A stretch of DNA of 64,000 bases from Octopus vulgaris (GCA_951406725.2 OX597820.1:54436001-54500000), one strand, 5' to 3'. Counted from the stretch's first letter, positions 1 through 12,707 are shown. Notes: a model not told the origin generated them from the letters alone. Numbers and translations are program-made.

Positions 1-59
1 TATGCGAGGAAAGATAATGTTGTGAAGGATATGGGTGTGTATGTGTACCATGTATGCGT

Positions 60-460
60 GTGAGTTAATGAGACAGTGATAAAAAAAAGAGAAAGAAATA
101 GAAAGAGAGAGGGATAGACCGTGAAACAGGGAGGGAGAATGACAGAGAGAGAGAGAGAGAGAGACGTGTGTAGTTGGCGTAGACGGAGGGGAGAGTGAAA
201 ATACAAGCAGACAGACAGTCTGTTGTGTACAGCGAGAGTTTAAGACAGTCTCTTGTGTATAAACTCGAATTAAAACAGTATGTTTAGATACAGTTGTATA
301 CGCGTGTGTGTAAGTGTATAGCTGAAGTTAAGACAGTGATATATATTTATATATATATATATATATAAACCGTAAATCGTACAGTTGAGACAAGGTTCTG
401 TGTATTTGGAGTTAAAGACACACATCTGTGTGTATACAGGTGGAGTTTAAGAGACAAATC
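60..460. repeat. Degenerate minisatellite-like array of a GAGTT(T)AAGACAG motif
   Basis: Imperfect copies at about 61, 236, 266, 325, 383, 409 and 444, mostly preceded by TGTGTAT-type sequence. Confidence 0.5.
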
Positions 461-481
461 GTATGTTTCGATCAGTTCACA

Positions 482-563
482 ATGAATGGATTAAATACTT
501 CCCCGGATATAAACGCAGACGACCCTCCTAAAATACATGTCGATGAGGATGATCCCGTTGCTG
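482..563 (+). CDS. Candidate first coding exon of an unidentified host gene (MNGLNTSPDINADDPPKIHVDEDDPVA+G, phase-1 donor)
   Basis: ATG at 482 in ACAATGA context, 27 stop-free non-repetitive codons, ending at CTG|GTATGT, a good 5' splice site. No protein family recognised and no downstream exon confidently found. Confidence 0.4.
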
Positions 564-600
564 GTATGTCACACTGATCTTTTATACACCCTTCTTTTCC

Positions 601-608
601 TATTATTA

Positions 609-654
<46 letters not shown>

Positions 655-661
655 GTTATTA
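601..661. repeat. (TAT)n microsatellite, representative of many (e.g. 1576-1608, 2019-2073, 4817-4900, 11881-12045, 23118-23190, 23752-23920, 27487-27553, 51779-51870)
   Basis: Pure trinucleotide runs seen directly. Confidence 0.98.
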
Positions 662-664
662 TTT

Positions 665-780
665 GGAATTTTACACGGTTTTTTGTAAACGGTCAAAACC
701 CTTTGTAACTTTCGTCCTGTGTTTTGTCCCTTTATGTTTTAATTAATTTTTTCAGCCCTTGTGGCCAATAAACGAATTAA
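665..780 (+). mobile_element. 3' tail fragment of a LINE (probably L1/Tx1 group) between (TAT)n runs
   Basis: T-rich UTR ending GCCCTTGTGGCCAATAAACGAAT, which resembles the tail at about 1510-1565 and the tail of the SINE-B variant. The clade is inferred. Confidence 0.45.
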
Positions 781-798
781 TTATTAGTATTATTATTG

Positions 799-1184
799 AA
801 CGCAGGAGTAGCTGTGTGGTAAGTAGCTTGCTAACCAACCACATGGTCCCGGGTTCAGTCCCACTGCGTGGCATCTTGGGCAAGTGTCTTTTGTTATAGC
901 CCCGGGCCGACCAAAGCCTTGTGAGTGGATTTGGTAGACGGAAACTGAAAAAGCCTGTCGTATATATGTATTTGTGTGTCTGTGTTTGTCCCCCCCAGCA
1001 TTGCTTGACAACCGATGCTGGTGTGTTTACGTCCCCGTCACATAGCGGTTCGGCAAAAGAGACCGATAGAATAAGTACTGGGCTTACAAAGAATAAGTCC
1101 TGGGGTCGATTTGCTCGACTAAAGGCGGTGCTCCAGCATGGCCGCAGTCAAATGACTGAACCAAGTAAAAGAGTCAAAAAGAGT
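799..1184 (+). mobile_element. tRNA-head SINE family A, full length
   Basis: A-box-like TAGCTGTGTGG, B-box-like GGTTCAGTCCC, internal (TG)n tract and (TAAAAGAG)-type tail. At least five similar copies occur in the window. Confidence 0.9.
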
Positions 1185-1568
1185 AAGAGAATAACGTGGA
1201 GAAGCAAGTGTTGTCTTCTAGCCAGTTTGTTGAAAAAGGTGGGATGAAAGTGGTGCGAAAATGGTGCGAAAGAACGGGCCTGTCCTGAGCATACGCCTGT
1301 AGATGGAGAAAATGGAAGGAAAAAAAGACACCTGCTCCCAAGAGTCAGGGTGCCAGTAGTTTTCATGGGATTTTTCCATGAGCAACCCTCAAACGTCTCT
1401 TCCCTATTGAGAATTACACGTTATTGAATTTTTTTTTTTCCTGTGTTGAACTTGTTTACACGCAAAACCCTCACAACACACATAGACACACATACACACA
1501 CACATTCCTTATTTTGTCCTGTACTGTTCATGTTTTTCTTAATGTAAACACTTTGTGGTAAATAATTA
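1185..1568 (+). mobile_element. 3' end of a LINE, probably L1/Tx1 (end of ORF2 plus 3' UTR)
   Basis: Reads VEKQVLSSSQFVE and, after a frameshift, RW, resembling Tx1 ORF2 C-termini from memory. A T-rich UTR follows and runs into (ATT)n. Confidence 0.45.
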
Positions 1569-1573
1569 AATCA

Positions 1574-1608
<35 letters not shown>

Positions 1609-1609
1609 G

Positions 1610-2018
1610 GGCGCAGGAGTAGCTGTGTGGTAAGTAGCTTGCTTACCAACCACATGGTTCCAGGTTCAGTTCAGTCCCACTGCGTGTCACCTTCGGCATG
1701 TATCTTCTACTATAGCCTAGGGCCGACCAAAGCCTTGTGAGTGGATTTGGTAGACGGAAACTGAAAGAAGCCCGTCGTATATATATGTGTGTGTGTGTGT
1801 GTATGTGTGCGTGTGTGCGTGTTTGTCCCCACAACATCACTTGACAACCGATGGTGGTGTGTTTACATCCCCAGTAAACAACCGGTTCGGCAAAAGAGAC
1901 CGATAGAATAAGTACTAGACTTACAAAGAATAAGTCCTGTGGTCGATTTGCTCGACTAAAGGCGGTGCTCCAGCATGGCCGCAGTCAAATGACTGAAACA
2001 AGTAAAAGAATAAAAGAA

Positions 2019-2020
<2 letters not shown>
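1610..2020 (+). mobile_element. SINE family A, full length, inside a (TAT)n tract
   Basis: Collinear with 799-1184 and flanked on both sides by (TAT)n. Confidence 0.9.
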
Positions 2021-2073
<53 letters not shown>

Positions 2074-2075
<2 letters not shown>

Positions 2076-2275
2076 GGTGGCGAGCTGGCAGAATCGTTTG
2101 CACAGAGGGAGAAGTGCTTAGCGGTATTTTGTCTGCCGCTACGTTCAAATTCCGCCGAGGTCGACTTTGCTTTACGTCCTTCGGAGTCGATTAAATAGGT
2201 ACCAGTTACGTACTGAGGTTGATGTAATCGACTTAATCCCCTCCCCCAAGCTGCCCTTATGACAAAAATTTGAAA

Positions 2276-2277
<2 letters not shown>
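2074..2277 (+). mobile_element. tRNA-head SINE family B
   Basis: AAGGYGGCGAGCTGGCAGAATCGTT head, GTTCAAATTCC B box and GGTCGACTTTGC...CCTTCGGAGTCGATTAAATAGGTACCAG central domain. More than 15 copies or fragments occur in the window. Confidence 0.88.
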
Positions 2278-2307
<30 letters not shown>

Positions 2308-2645
2308 GTGAAGGCGCATGGCTCAGTGGTTAGAGCGTCGAGCTTACGATCGTGAGGTTGTGAGCTCGAATCCCGGACCGGGCTGCGTGTTGTGTTCTTG
2401 AGCAAGGCACTTTATTTCACGTTGCTCCAGTTCACTCAGCTGTAGAAATGAGTTGCGACGTCACTGGTGCCAAGCTGTATCGACCTTTGTCTTTCCCTTG
2501 GATAACACTGGTGGCGTGGAGAGGGGAGGCTGGTATGCATGGGCGACTGCTGGTCTTCCATAAACAACCTCGCCCGGACTTGTGTCTAGGAGGGTAACTT
2601 TCTAGGTGCAATCCCATGGTCTGTGTCGTGACCGAAGGGGGTCTC
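2308..2645 (+). mobile_element. tRNA-head SINE family D with a CORE-like central domain
   Basis: A box TGGCTCAGTGG and B box GCTCGAATCCC, then TGTGTTCTTGAGCAAGGCACTT...CAGCTGTAGAAATG, resembling the CORE-SINE domain. Decayed copies at about 8938-9030 (+) and 39955-40085 (-). Confidence 0.8.
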
Positions 2646-3271
2646 CGAATTATTATTATTATTATTATTATCATCATTATCATCATCATCATTATTATAA
2701 TTATTATTATTTATTAATATCGGTTACTTGGACTAAATGTTCCAGTACTTCATGAAAAAGAAATGGTTTCGGAAGGTGGTGATGATTGTAGTGGTAGGGA
2801 GGACAAAAAGTATTTACAATTTGAAAATCTGGAAATTTCATTTTTCACTTTTAAGAATTGCAATTTCCGTTTTATGAAAGACAGGAATACCCGAAACAAA
2901 ACAAAAGAAAATCTAAGCGTTTCCTTTTCTTCGAGGTATGGGGTACCTCATTCGAAATTCTACCGAAATCATCATCATCATCATCATCATCATTGTCGTC
3001 GTCGTCGCTGCCGTCCTCATTATTGTCGTCATCGTCGTCGTCGTCGTAGCAGAAAGTTTTCTCTATTGTTGTGTTTTCTTTATTTACTTTTTTTTTAACT
3101 TTTTTTTTTTGTCGACTTATATCCACTGAAGAGATTTACTCATGTCCGGCATTATTATTACACAACAAACAACTCAGCAACGTGAATGGGATCTGATTTA
3201 CAAGTATTAGAAAGCCTGTTACATCTACTGGTCATTCGAATTGCTAGAAACAGCAGCCAAATTTCCGGTAT

Positions 3272-3674
3272 ATCCTTTTCTACTCTTGGCACAAGTCCCA
3301 AAATTTGGTGGGGAGCGGGGCCAGTCGATTACATGAGCCCCAGCACGCTAGTGGTACTTAATTTATCGACCCCGAAAGGATGAAAGGCAAAGTCGACCTT
3401 GGAGGAATTTGAACTCAGAACATAAAGACAGACGAAATACCTATTTCTTTACTACCCACAAGGGGCTAAACACAGAGGGGACAAATAAGGACAGACAAAT
3501 GGATTAAGTCGATTATATCGACCCCAGTGCGTAACTGGTACTTATTTAATCGACCCCGAAAGGATGAAAGGCAAAGTCGACCTCGGTGAAATTTGAACTC
3601 AGAACGTAACGGCAGACGAAATACGGCTACGCATTTCGCCCGGCGTGCTAACGCTTCTGCCAGCTCGCCGCCTT
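3272..3674 (-). mobile_element. Dimeric SINE-B: head, a 184-bp LINE-tailed unit (3442-3625) and a normal 3' part
   Basis: Two central domains in tandem, with the junction GACGAAATACC|TATTTC at 3441/3442. Confidence 0.85.
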
Positions 3675-3859
3675 CAAATTTCCAGTATATCACACTGGTT
3701 CACTTCTTTTTAGACATAATGAATTTCTGTAAATTTAATTACATTACTCCTAAAATCAAGATGGAATCGTCATGGCTGAAATGCCTTTGAGAATATCTCT
3801 GCTCGATTAGACTTACCTGAGGTTAGAGAACAACAGCAACAACAATAATAGTTATCATT

Positions 3860-4400
3860 ATAAAGGGTCCAAATTTTGACTCAAGGTCAGTAATTTCAGT
3901 CAATTAAATATTCCTAGTGTTTGACTGGTATTGTATTTTATCGATCGCGAAAGGATCAAAAGTTGACTTCAGCGGGATTCGAACTCAGAACGTAGAACCC
4001 CAGAAGAAATACCACTTGGCACTTTGTCTCTTTCTCGCAAACGATTTTGCCTGCGAGTTGTCTCACAAAAACAATAGTCTTTTGTACTACAGGCGCGAGG
4101 CCTGATATTTTGGAGGAGGACGAGAAAGCTGGTCGATAACAACGATTCCAGTACATGACCAGTTCTTATTATATCGACCCCCGAAAGAATGACAGGTGAA
4201 GTCGACCTCGGCTGAATTTGATCACAGAACTTAAAGCCAGAAGAAATGTGGTTTAGCGTTTTGTCCGGCATGCTAACGATTTTGCTAGCTCGCCGCTTTT
4301 TTCTTTCTAATTTTGACACGAGACTAACAAGCTGGAAGGGAGAAGGCAAACCGATGGCATCGACCCTTAGTATTCGACTGCTACTTATTTTATCCACGCC
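3860..4400 (-). mobile_element. Cluster of older SINE-B copies
   Basis: Repeated degenerate TTTATCGACCCCGAAAG / AAGTCGACCTCGGC / GCTAACGATTTTGC blocks. Confidence 0.7.
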
Positions 4401-4814
4401 GAAAATTTGAGGGTGATTTGGTAGTTATTTTCAGCACGATGAACCACCACACAGAGACTCCGTTGGTGACTCGCCGACCGTGTGTTTAGTTGTTTATTAA
4501 TTGCTTATGTACGACAGAGAGGTGGGGTAAATGAGAGAATGATTTTTTTTTTCTGTTATGAGTGTATATATTTCCTATGTGTTTATGCATGTGTAGATTT
4601 CTATGTTTGTATTTATATACGTATCTGAGTGTATCCTTTAAAACTTCCATGCTTCCTGAAATTTGCCAATACCTGATATCCCCTCCATACGCATGCACAC
4701 ATGTATATCATGACGCATACACTGTTCACTTTCCTGACTTTTGTACATAATTCTGTGTACTATACATGCACCGTTGATGAGTTGTAGTGCACCTGAGCAC
4801 TATACACAATAATT

Positions 4815-4899
<85 letters not shown>

Positions 4900-5749
4900 C
4901 ATCATCATTATATCTACATATGCCTGTGATTTTTGCGGGCATACATACATACATACATACATACATGCATGCATGCATGCATAGATACATACGTACATGC
5001 ATACATACATACTTACATACATACATACATAACTGCATGCATGTATGCATACATACATACATACATACATACATACATACATACATACATACATACATAA
5101 CTGCATGCATGCATAGGTACATACATGTATATGAATATGAGAGTAATTTTGTTTATGCACGATCATATAATGAAACTAAGAAATAAAAATGTTTTTTTAT
5201 TCAGCCGCTGGTCAAACCTAACCAAACAAATATATACTCACAAGCATTCCATCTGTGACCATCCCATATTTTTTGAGAGATTTCAAACACTACATTATCA
5301 AATCATTTATGCACTTGTTGGGGTAACTTGAGGGAGACTTAGTTGTTATTTCTACTAGATCGAGCGACAATGTAGAGCTTTCTTCAGTTGTAAAAATATG
5401 AAGAAACGCCGAGAAACAAAGCGACACTGTGAAAAGGCTCCAAGATGTGGCCGCAAAACTAAAAGGATATACAATACATAGAGTAGAAAATACGTGTATG
5501 CGCATTTGTTAATCTGCATGTTTGAATGACAGGCTGTGTATATGTATGTACATCATTGTCTATATACATACACAATTATACTTTGACATATCTATCTATC
5601 TACCTACACACCTATTTATCAATCTATACATACATTCACCGGTGTTTACGTTCTCGTAACATAGCTGTTCGACAAAAGAGTAAAACCCTTCTAGGCGGTG
5701 CCCTAGTATGGCCACAGTCAAATAACGGAAACAAGTAGAAAAAAAAGAT

Positions 5750-6030
5750 AAAATATATTTTGTGTATTGTAGAACTATAAACAATTTATAGCACAAAAAT
5801 TCTAACAACAAAATTTCATATGGACCCCGGTTAAGGACCAATGATTTAGATCAGTGGTTCTCAACTGGAGTCCATATGGCTCCTGGCGGTCCATATAAGA
5901 TTTTGGGGATCCACACAACAAAATAATAAACTGGGGATCCACAGCAGTATTATAAGGGCCCTGGAAAAAATTTTGCATTAGGTGTATGTATTGCAAGAAA
6001 CAGCAAGGTTTATTTCTCTAACATTTTACA
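5750..6030. mobile_element. hAT (Charlie/MER-like) MITE pieces joined tail-to-head
   Basis: Right end GGTTAAGGACCAATG (5829-5843), 8-bp spacer ATTTAGAT, then left end CAGTGGTTCTCAAC from 5852. Confidence 0.55.
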
Positions 6031-6034
6031 GAGA

Positions 6035-6370
6035 GGCGCTGGTGTGGCTGTGTGGTAAGAAACTTACTTCCCAACCACATGGCTCCGGGTTCATTCCCAC
6101 GGCGTGGCACCTTGGACAAGTGTCTTCTACTATAGCCTCGGGCGGACCAAAGCCTTGTGAGTGGATTTGGTAGACGGAAACTGAAAGAAGCCCGTCGCAT
6201 ATATGTATACCCCCAACATCACTTGACAACCGATGGTGGTGTGTGTATGTCCCCGTAACTTAGCGGTTCGGCAATACAGTCCGATAGAATAAATCCTAGG
6301 CTTCCGAAGAATAAGTCCTGGGGTCGATTTGCTCGACTAAAGGTGGTGCTCCAGCATGGCCGCAGTCAAA
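6035..6370 (+). mobile_element. SINE family A
   Basis: Collinear with the other A copies; the tail is truncated at (TA)n. Confidence 0.88.
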
Positions 6371-6856
6371 TATATATATATATATATGCACGTTTGTATT
6401 TCCAAGTGACCGTGTTTGTGTATATACGTGTATATGAACGCGTTTTAGTGATCGTGTTAACGTGTGTATAAATTAGTGCATGCATGTATGTATAATTCTG
6501 TGGATATGTGTGTGAATATACATATGCATACAAGTGTATAAGTGGTAGTGTGCTTATGTGCCCTTTGTGTATAGTTTCGTGTTTCGTGTCTTGTAAGGAC
6601 GCATGTGGCTTGCTTAACCTTAGAGCAGACCTGATGCAACGGATAAATGATCAAAGATGTTTCAACCGTAAATAACCCGTTCTGAACAGTTCTTTCTGAT
6701 ATAGGCACATAGCCAGAGATTATTGTATTTTTGCTTTTTTTTTTAGAGTACATCGACTCTTGTACTTCATTCGTACTTATTTTCTCGACAGGATGCAATG
6801 CACATTTGACCTTAGAACGTAAAGAACCGGAAGAAATGTCAATATGCATATTTTAC

Positions 6857-7073
6857 AAGGCGGCGAGCTGGCAGAAACTTTAGCACGCCGGGCGAAATGC
6901 TTAGCAGTACTTCATCTGTCTTTGTGTTCTGAGTTCAAATACCGCCGAGGTCGATTTTGCCTTTCATCCTTTCGTAGTCGATAAATTAAGTACCAGTTGC
7001 GTACTGAGGTCGATCTAGTCGACAGACTTCTCTCCAAACATTTCGGGCCTTGTGACTTGAGTAGAAAAGAATA
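6857..7073 (+). mobile_element. SINE family B, full length
   Basis: Head, central domain and GTAGAAAAGAATA tail are all present. Confidence 0.88.
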
Positions 7074-7087
7074 ATTTTATTAGAACA

Positions 7088-7552
7088 CTAGCAGCATAGC
7101 CCGGCCTTGCCCGGGTATGTAAGAGCCCCTAGTAGGCAACGACTAATCCCAATCTAGTCCTTTCCCTCAAGGGAACGAAGGCGCATGTGTAGGTTGCAAT
7201 GTCTTCTCTTCACTCGAATACTTCTGTGTATACGATGTTCCTAGCTATCCCTTTGGGCGAAAACATGAAAACATCATTGCGCCTCCCAACGCGTGAACAG
7301 CCCACGTACAGCCCAGAAAATGTGTTGCATATAAAAAGCTTAGATTCTCGACCCCATGTCGAATTTATCGATTTTTTCAAAACTGGGGGAACTTTTCAAA
7401 CTTTTCGCTGCATTAGTTTTGAATTATGACATTGGGCTATGCGTGTGTCAAGTTTCATCAGAATCGGTTGAAAGCCGTGGTCAGGGTGAGGGTACAACCT
7501 GACAGACACACAGACACACAGACAGACAAACTGCCGTTTATATAGAGAGAGA
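7088..7552 (-). mobile_element. Complete non-autonomous Helitron (Lep1-like architecture), 465 bp
   Basis: On the minus strand it starts TC after a host A and has a (GTCT/GTGT)n tract near the 5' end. It ends with a CCCGG-gcaagg-CCGGG hairpin 8 nt before a terminal CTAG followed by a host T, with no TSD. Confidence 0.85.
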
Positions 7553-7689
7553 TTTGGATGTCAATACAAATGAAGAGGGAAAAAAGAGCTAAGAAAGGAA
7601 AAGAAAGAAAAGGAATGAAAGTGAGGGGTGGTAAAGCAGCGGAGAATGGAAGGGGAAGCCACATACCCCAGAACAAATGGCGTGCCCAA

Positions 7690-7900
7690 CCGTGCCCTAG
7701 AGTAAATACTGCGATGGTGTTGCCGTGGTGTGTGCCCAGCGAAACTCTTTGCAGCAGCCATTCTACCTTGAAGGGGCTCATTTCTCAGACCGACTGCCGT
7801 TATTCCTGTTTTGGAGCGGAAATCAATAGTACGGGACCCTAGAACACTTGACATATCGACGGCGACCGGCACAAACTGATTGGGGGCCGACCAGCCCACT
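7690..7900 (-). mobile_element. C-terminal restriction-like endonuclease fragment of a CRE-type non-LTR retrotransposon
   Basis: FVPVAVDMSSVLGSRTIDF, then after a frameshift EWLLQRVSLGTHHGNTIAV, matches the FVPxAVETxG...WLxQRxSxAxxRGNA signature. The segment is GC-richer than its flanks. Confidence 0.6.
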
Positions 7901-8088
7901 GGGTTTATTGATTTTTCTCTCCTCCTCATTACGGGCGGTGACACCTGGGTTTGCGGCCGATACTACAAGGCTGGTGTACGACGTGCTAACGATTCTGCCA
8001 GCTCATCGACTCGTTGGAGATGAACAATAACAACAGAATGTAGAATAGCTCATTTAGCTGTATTATAATTCCATGAACATCTAAGATA

Positions 8089-8377
8089 ACGATAAACGTC
8101 GCCCTTTTCAAGCCTAGCCAGGCTCATGGGCCCGGTTTCCTGGTTTCTGTGGCGTATGTGTTCCCCCCAGCTGGACTGGACGCCAGTCCATCGCAGCGTT
8201 ACTCAAGAAACAAGAAGAGAGAGTGAGAGAAAGTTGTGGCGAAAGAGTACAACAGGGGTCGCCACCACCCCCTGCCGGAGCCTCGTGGAGCTTTTAGGTG
8301 TTTTCGCTCAAAAAAACATACACAACGCCAGGTCTGGGAATCGAAACCGCGAGGCCGCTGGGCCATTGCACCTCCAC
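8089..8377 (-). mobile_element. SINE family C, tail variant 2, with a deletion in the head
   Basis: Shares the 5' part of family C and is flanked by TSD GAAC(A/G)TCTAAGATA (8075-8088 and 8379-8392). Confidence 0.85.
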
Positions 8378-8875
8378 CGAACGTCTAAGATACATTATAA
8401 AAATTGACCTTCCTCGGTATCTGACTGGTACCGACATCAGAAGCTGAAATGACCCAGAACATTAAATGCCATAGCTAAATGGCGCCAACGCACAAATGAT
8501 TAAACCAATTCAAACGACAAGTTGACTTAAGACAGTGTGGATTCAGAATTTTAAACACTGCGCATGAGTGAATAGACTTGTCATTATAGAAAGTGGTTGT
8601 TTCAAAGCTCGAAGCTGGATACAGTAATAATAACTATTTATGAATACGCGGAGACCTCTAGCAGACAGTTAATACAAAGGAAGTGATTTCTTCATAATAT
8701 TTGGCAGGATCAGAATTTTAAGATGGGTTTGACAAGTTAGGGTGTTTTTTTTAATATCCACCGTCGAAGCCCAGTAAGCTTAATTAGTTATGCATTCAAC
8801 GGTTTTGTTTTCACCGGTGTAAACGTAAACTCACACACAACACAAGCATTCACGCACAGCACAAGCATTCACACA

Positions 8876-8914
<39 letters not shown>

Positions 8915-9556
8915 ATACTTACATAGACACACATTCACATGGTATAGTTGCTAGAATGTTGGGTTCATGAATGTATGACCCGAGTTCAATTCCTAGACCG
9001 GACACGTATTGAATCCTTGAGCAAAGCACTAGAAGAAATTCGCAGTTCTCCATACCTCCAAGTTTGAGAAGATTATCAAAACCAGAAACCTGAAAATAGT
9101 CTTACCGCACCTTATAAATTTTTTCTTGGAATCCCTAAAGCTAAATAACAGCAACAACAATAATATCAGTGATGCTTTATTGGTTCGATGCTGTATGTGT
9201 ACTCAAGTATGTATGTATGATTGTGTATGTGTATGAGCGTACACGATTGTGGGCATGAATGAGTGATTGTGTATTCATGTTAGTGCGTGTAATTGTGTGC
9301 ATGATCTGTGTGTGTGTGCGTGTGCCTATCTGTGTGTCTGTCGGTCTGTCTGTATGCACGCACGCGCGCAGGCACGTATGTCTTGTAAATCCGTCATCTG
9401 GCTTAATACTATCACTGGCTCACATGTGCCTTTAGCAGAGTCCAATCTGTCGCAAACATCCTGCATCTGCTCCCACTTGTAGCTTTTAATACACGTTTCC
9501 CCGACCCAGTCTTGGAGTTTTTGAAAGACACATAAGTAGTGTCCCGCCTTTCAAGC

Positions 9557-9591
<35 letters not shown>

Positions 9592-11404
9592 AACAGAATA
9601 AAACAAGCGAGTTACTTTTTTATCTTTTTATTATAGCATCATAAATTATATAATCATTACATGTGTTTCCATAGCGAATACTAGTACGTTGAGCTATAAT
9701 CGTTATGCACATGACTGCATTATCACATGGAAATGCCAGATATTCAGAAGAACATAATAATTTAATCTTTTATTACTTACCAACATCACTTGGTTGATAG
9801 TGCTAAATTAGACCCATATATGAGCTGTTGAGAACACTCTATATATAGCAGTAAAGAAAAGAAGGCTATTATTATTATTGTAATAGTAAAATGAAAATAG
9901 AAAGAAAAATAACTGTAATCAGGATGTTTGAAGAAAAAGGGAAGGCCACAGATCAGGGAAAAATCTAATTTAACAATGATAAATGGTTTGTGCTATCACC
10001 GCTAGTAAAAGCTGTCTGGAATTTGGTTTGTGAGAAACAGCCATGCCTACCTCCTCACTCGTACACACAAGCACGCTCACACACAAACATATACGTATAT
10101 ATAATTTCTTTTATATGTATTTACTACTAACTACATATGTATATATCAGTACTTCGAAATATACACATCTACACATATAGGAATAATAGTGCGGATTCAA
10201 ATACGCGCCTACATACACATACATTGAATCCATATTTATCTCTTCATAGATGACAATCGTATACAGAAGCACCCGACTCGAGTAGAAAAAATGGTTATGA
10301 AACAATTATCACTCCCGTTTTAAATAAAATTAAAGGATTTGGTCATTAATTTAAATATTTGGAATTTTTGAATTGGTATGTATTCTTGGTCATATATCGT
10401 TCTAGCTAATAAGATAGGGCTTAACTCTTCTCTGAACTTTTTCCTCTATTCGATAAAAAAGCATACTCGAAACGTCGTTTCTAATCCTCTCTTTTCCATC
10501 AAAAACTTTCACTGCGCGTCAATTTAATAAATTCACTGTGTACGTCCAACTGACTTTTGTTGAGTTTTTTTTTACTTTGTTTTGTTCTTCGATCTGCATG
10601 CACACACACATACAGACAGACAGACGGACGCACGGACGGACAGACGGACGGATGGATGGATGGATGGATGGATGGATGGATACAAATAAATTTACAATTA
10701 TATGTATTATTTTTTATATAGTGAGGGTAGAGTAATTTTATACCATCATTATTTCAACATTTTATATTCATATAGCAGAGTTATTTTGACTCAGCTAAAA
10801 CAATGTACTCAACTATTATTTACTATCTTAAATGTATAGAATTATGTTTATAAAATTTAAATGACTTAAAAATTTTATGTTTGCAAGAGAAAAAGCATCT
10901 TTGTTTTAGGTTACAATAGTTATTTAATCAAATATTCGGCGATTTAGTAGACCATAATTTGAATTCTTTCTTGTTTCCAATGTAAGAGGAGACTCTTGCT
11001 ATGACGTTCAAGTGTAGTATTTTGTTTACATTCGAAGAATTAAGATTAAAGATACACTTAGCTAGTTTAGTTGAATTACATAAACCTTTATTCCTAAAGC
11101 TGCGGGTTAACGATATTTAAAAGATTTACAAGCAGATCCTATGTCATAACGGTTATCCTTTGTTGTAATGACACTTCATCTGTAGATAACGTTACGTAGG
11201 AAGCAGCTGCCTCTAAGAAGACGAGTAAAAGTATTTCTACAGTTACAGTTTGAAGCAATATTTTGCCAAATTTACGCACGTTTGTATAGGTTTGAAGTTT
11301 TATATTTATCCTTCGTTCTTACTCTATTAATAATACTGTTGCTACTGCTTACGTTAATCCCTATTCACTACTTATTTCACATTCTTTATTAGTTTTTCTA
11401 ATAA

Positions 11405-11836
11405 TGGTTTCAAATTTTGGGGCAAGGCTAGAAATTTCGGGGGTAAGTCGATTACATCAATCCCAGTGTTGAACTAGTACTTCTTTTATCGACTCCGAAA
11501 GAATTAAAGGCAAAGTCGACCTTGGCAAAATTGGAACTCAGTACGTCAAGACGGACGAAATGCTACTAAACATTTTGTCAAGCGTGCAAACGATTTTGCT
11601 AGCTCACCGCATTATCAAATTTTCGGTTTCAAATTTTGACACAAGGCTAGCAATTTCGAGAGAGGGAATAAGTCGACTGCCTCGATCGCACTGTTCAGCT
11701 GCTACTTATTTTATTAATCTCGAAAGGATGACAAGTAGAGTCCTTCATGGAAGAATTTGAACTCAAAACGTAATAACGGACGAAATGCTGCTAAGCATTT
11801 TGTTCGGCAAGTTAATGATTTTGCTGAATCGCTGCC
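11405..11836 (-). mobile_element. Two older tandem SINE-B copies
   Basis: Degenerate head and central-domain matches, twice. Confidence 0.75.
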
Positions 11837-11884
11837 ATATTAGATTTACTAATATCACTACATGCATAGATCGAATGTATATTA

Positions 11885-12046
<162 letters not shown>

Positions 12047-12661
12047 TTCAGGATGAGAATTACTGGTGCTAATTTCTTTCGTTATTTTGTTTATTAGTTA
12101 TACAGAATTATCATCATCTATGTTATAATTATTAATTACGATTTTTACATTATATCCACTAATTATGATTTTCTTCAGCTAAAGATGTATTTTTTGCTTT
12201 TTAACATAAGAGATGCTTTCTCGTAACGAATATCGCAAATTAGGAGGATTTCAACGATATATCTACTTTATGTATGATGTGCAGATCACTTTATTTGCGT
12301 CACTAATAACGAATTTTTATCTAGCCTACTGGCTAAGTGCGACATCAGTGATTAATCAATCAGTATTTAATTATATCAGTAGCAGGCAATATTCTCCTAG
12401 TTTGCAGTACCATTAGATATTTACTACTGACGAAGCTCAAAGATGCAGAAATACGCATTTAGCAATTCCAACACCGCTGCTGGACTGCTTCGTCATCTGG
12501 AATATTTCTGCTTTTTAACACAATATATCTATATGAGATACTTTTTGGAGACGAATACCGCCGTTTAGTCAGCTTTATATATCTACTTTAAGTATAAAGT
12601 ACAGATTACTATCTTCAACTAATACTGCGCCCATCACTTATAACGGACACACACACGCACG

Positions 12662-12707
<46 letters not shown>

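Noticed and set aside
2308-2385. tRNA-like sequence (also the heads of families A, B and C)
   Set aside because: It continues into a SINE body, lacks a clean acceptor stem and terminator, and occurs as decayed multicopy sequence, so it is a SINE head rather than a tRNA gene.
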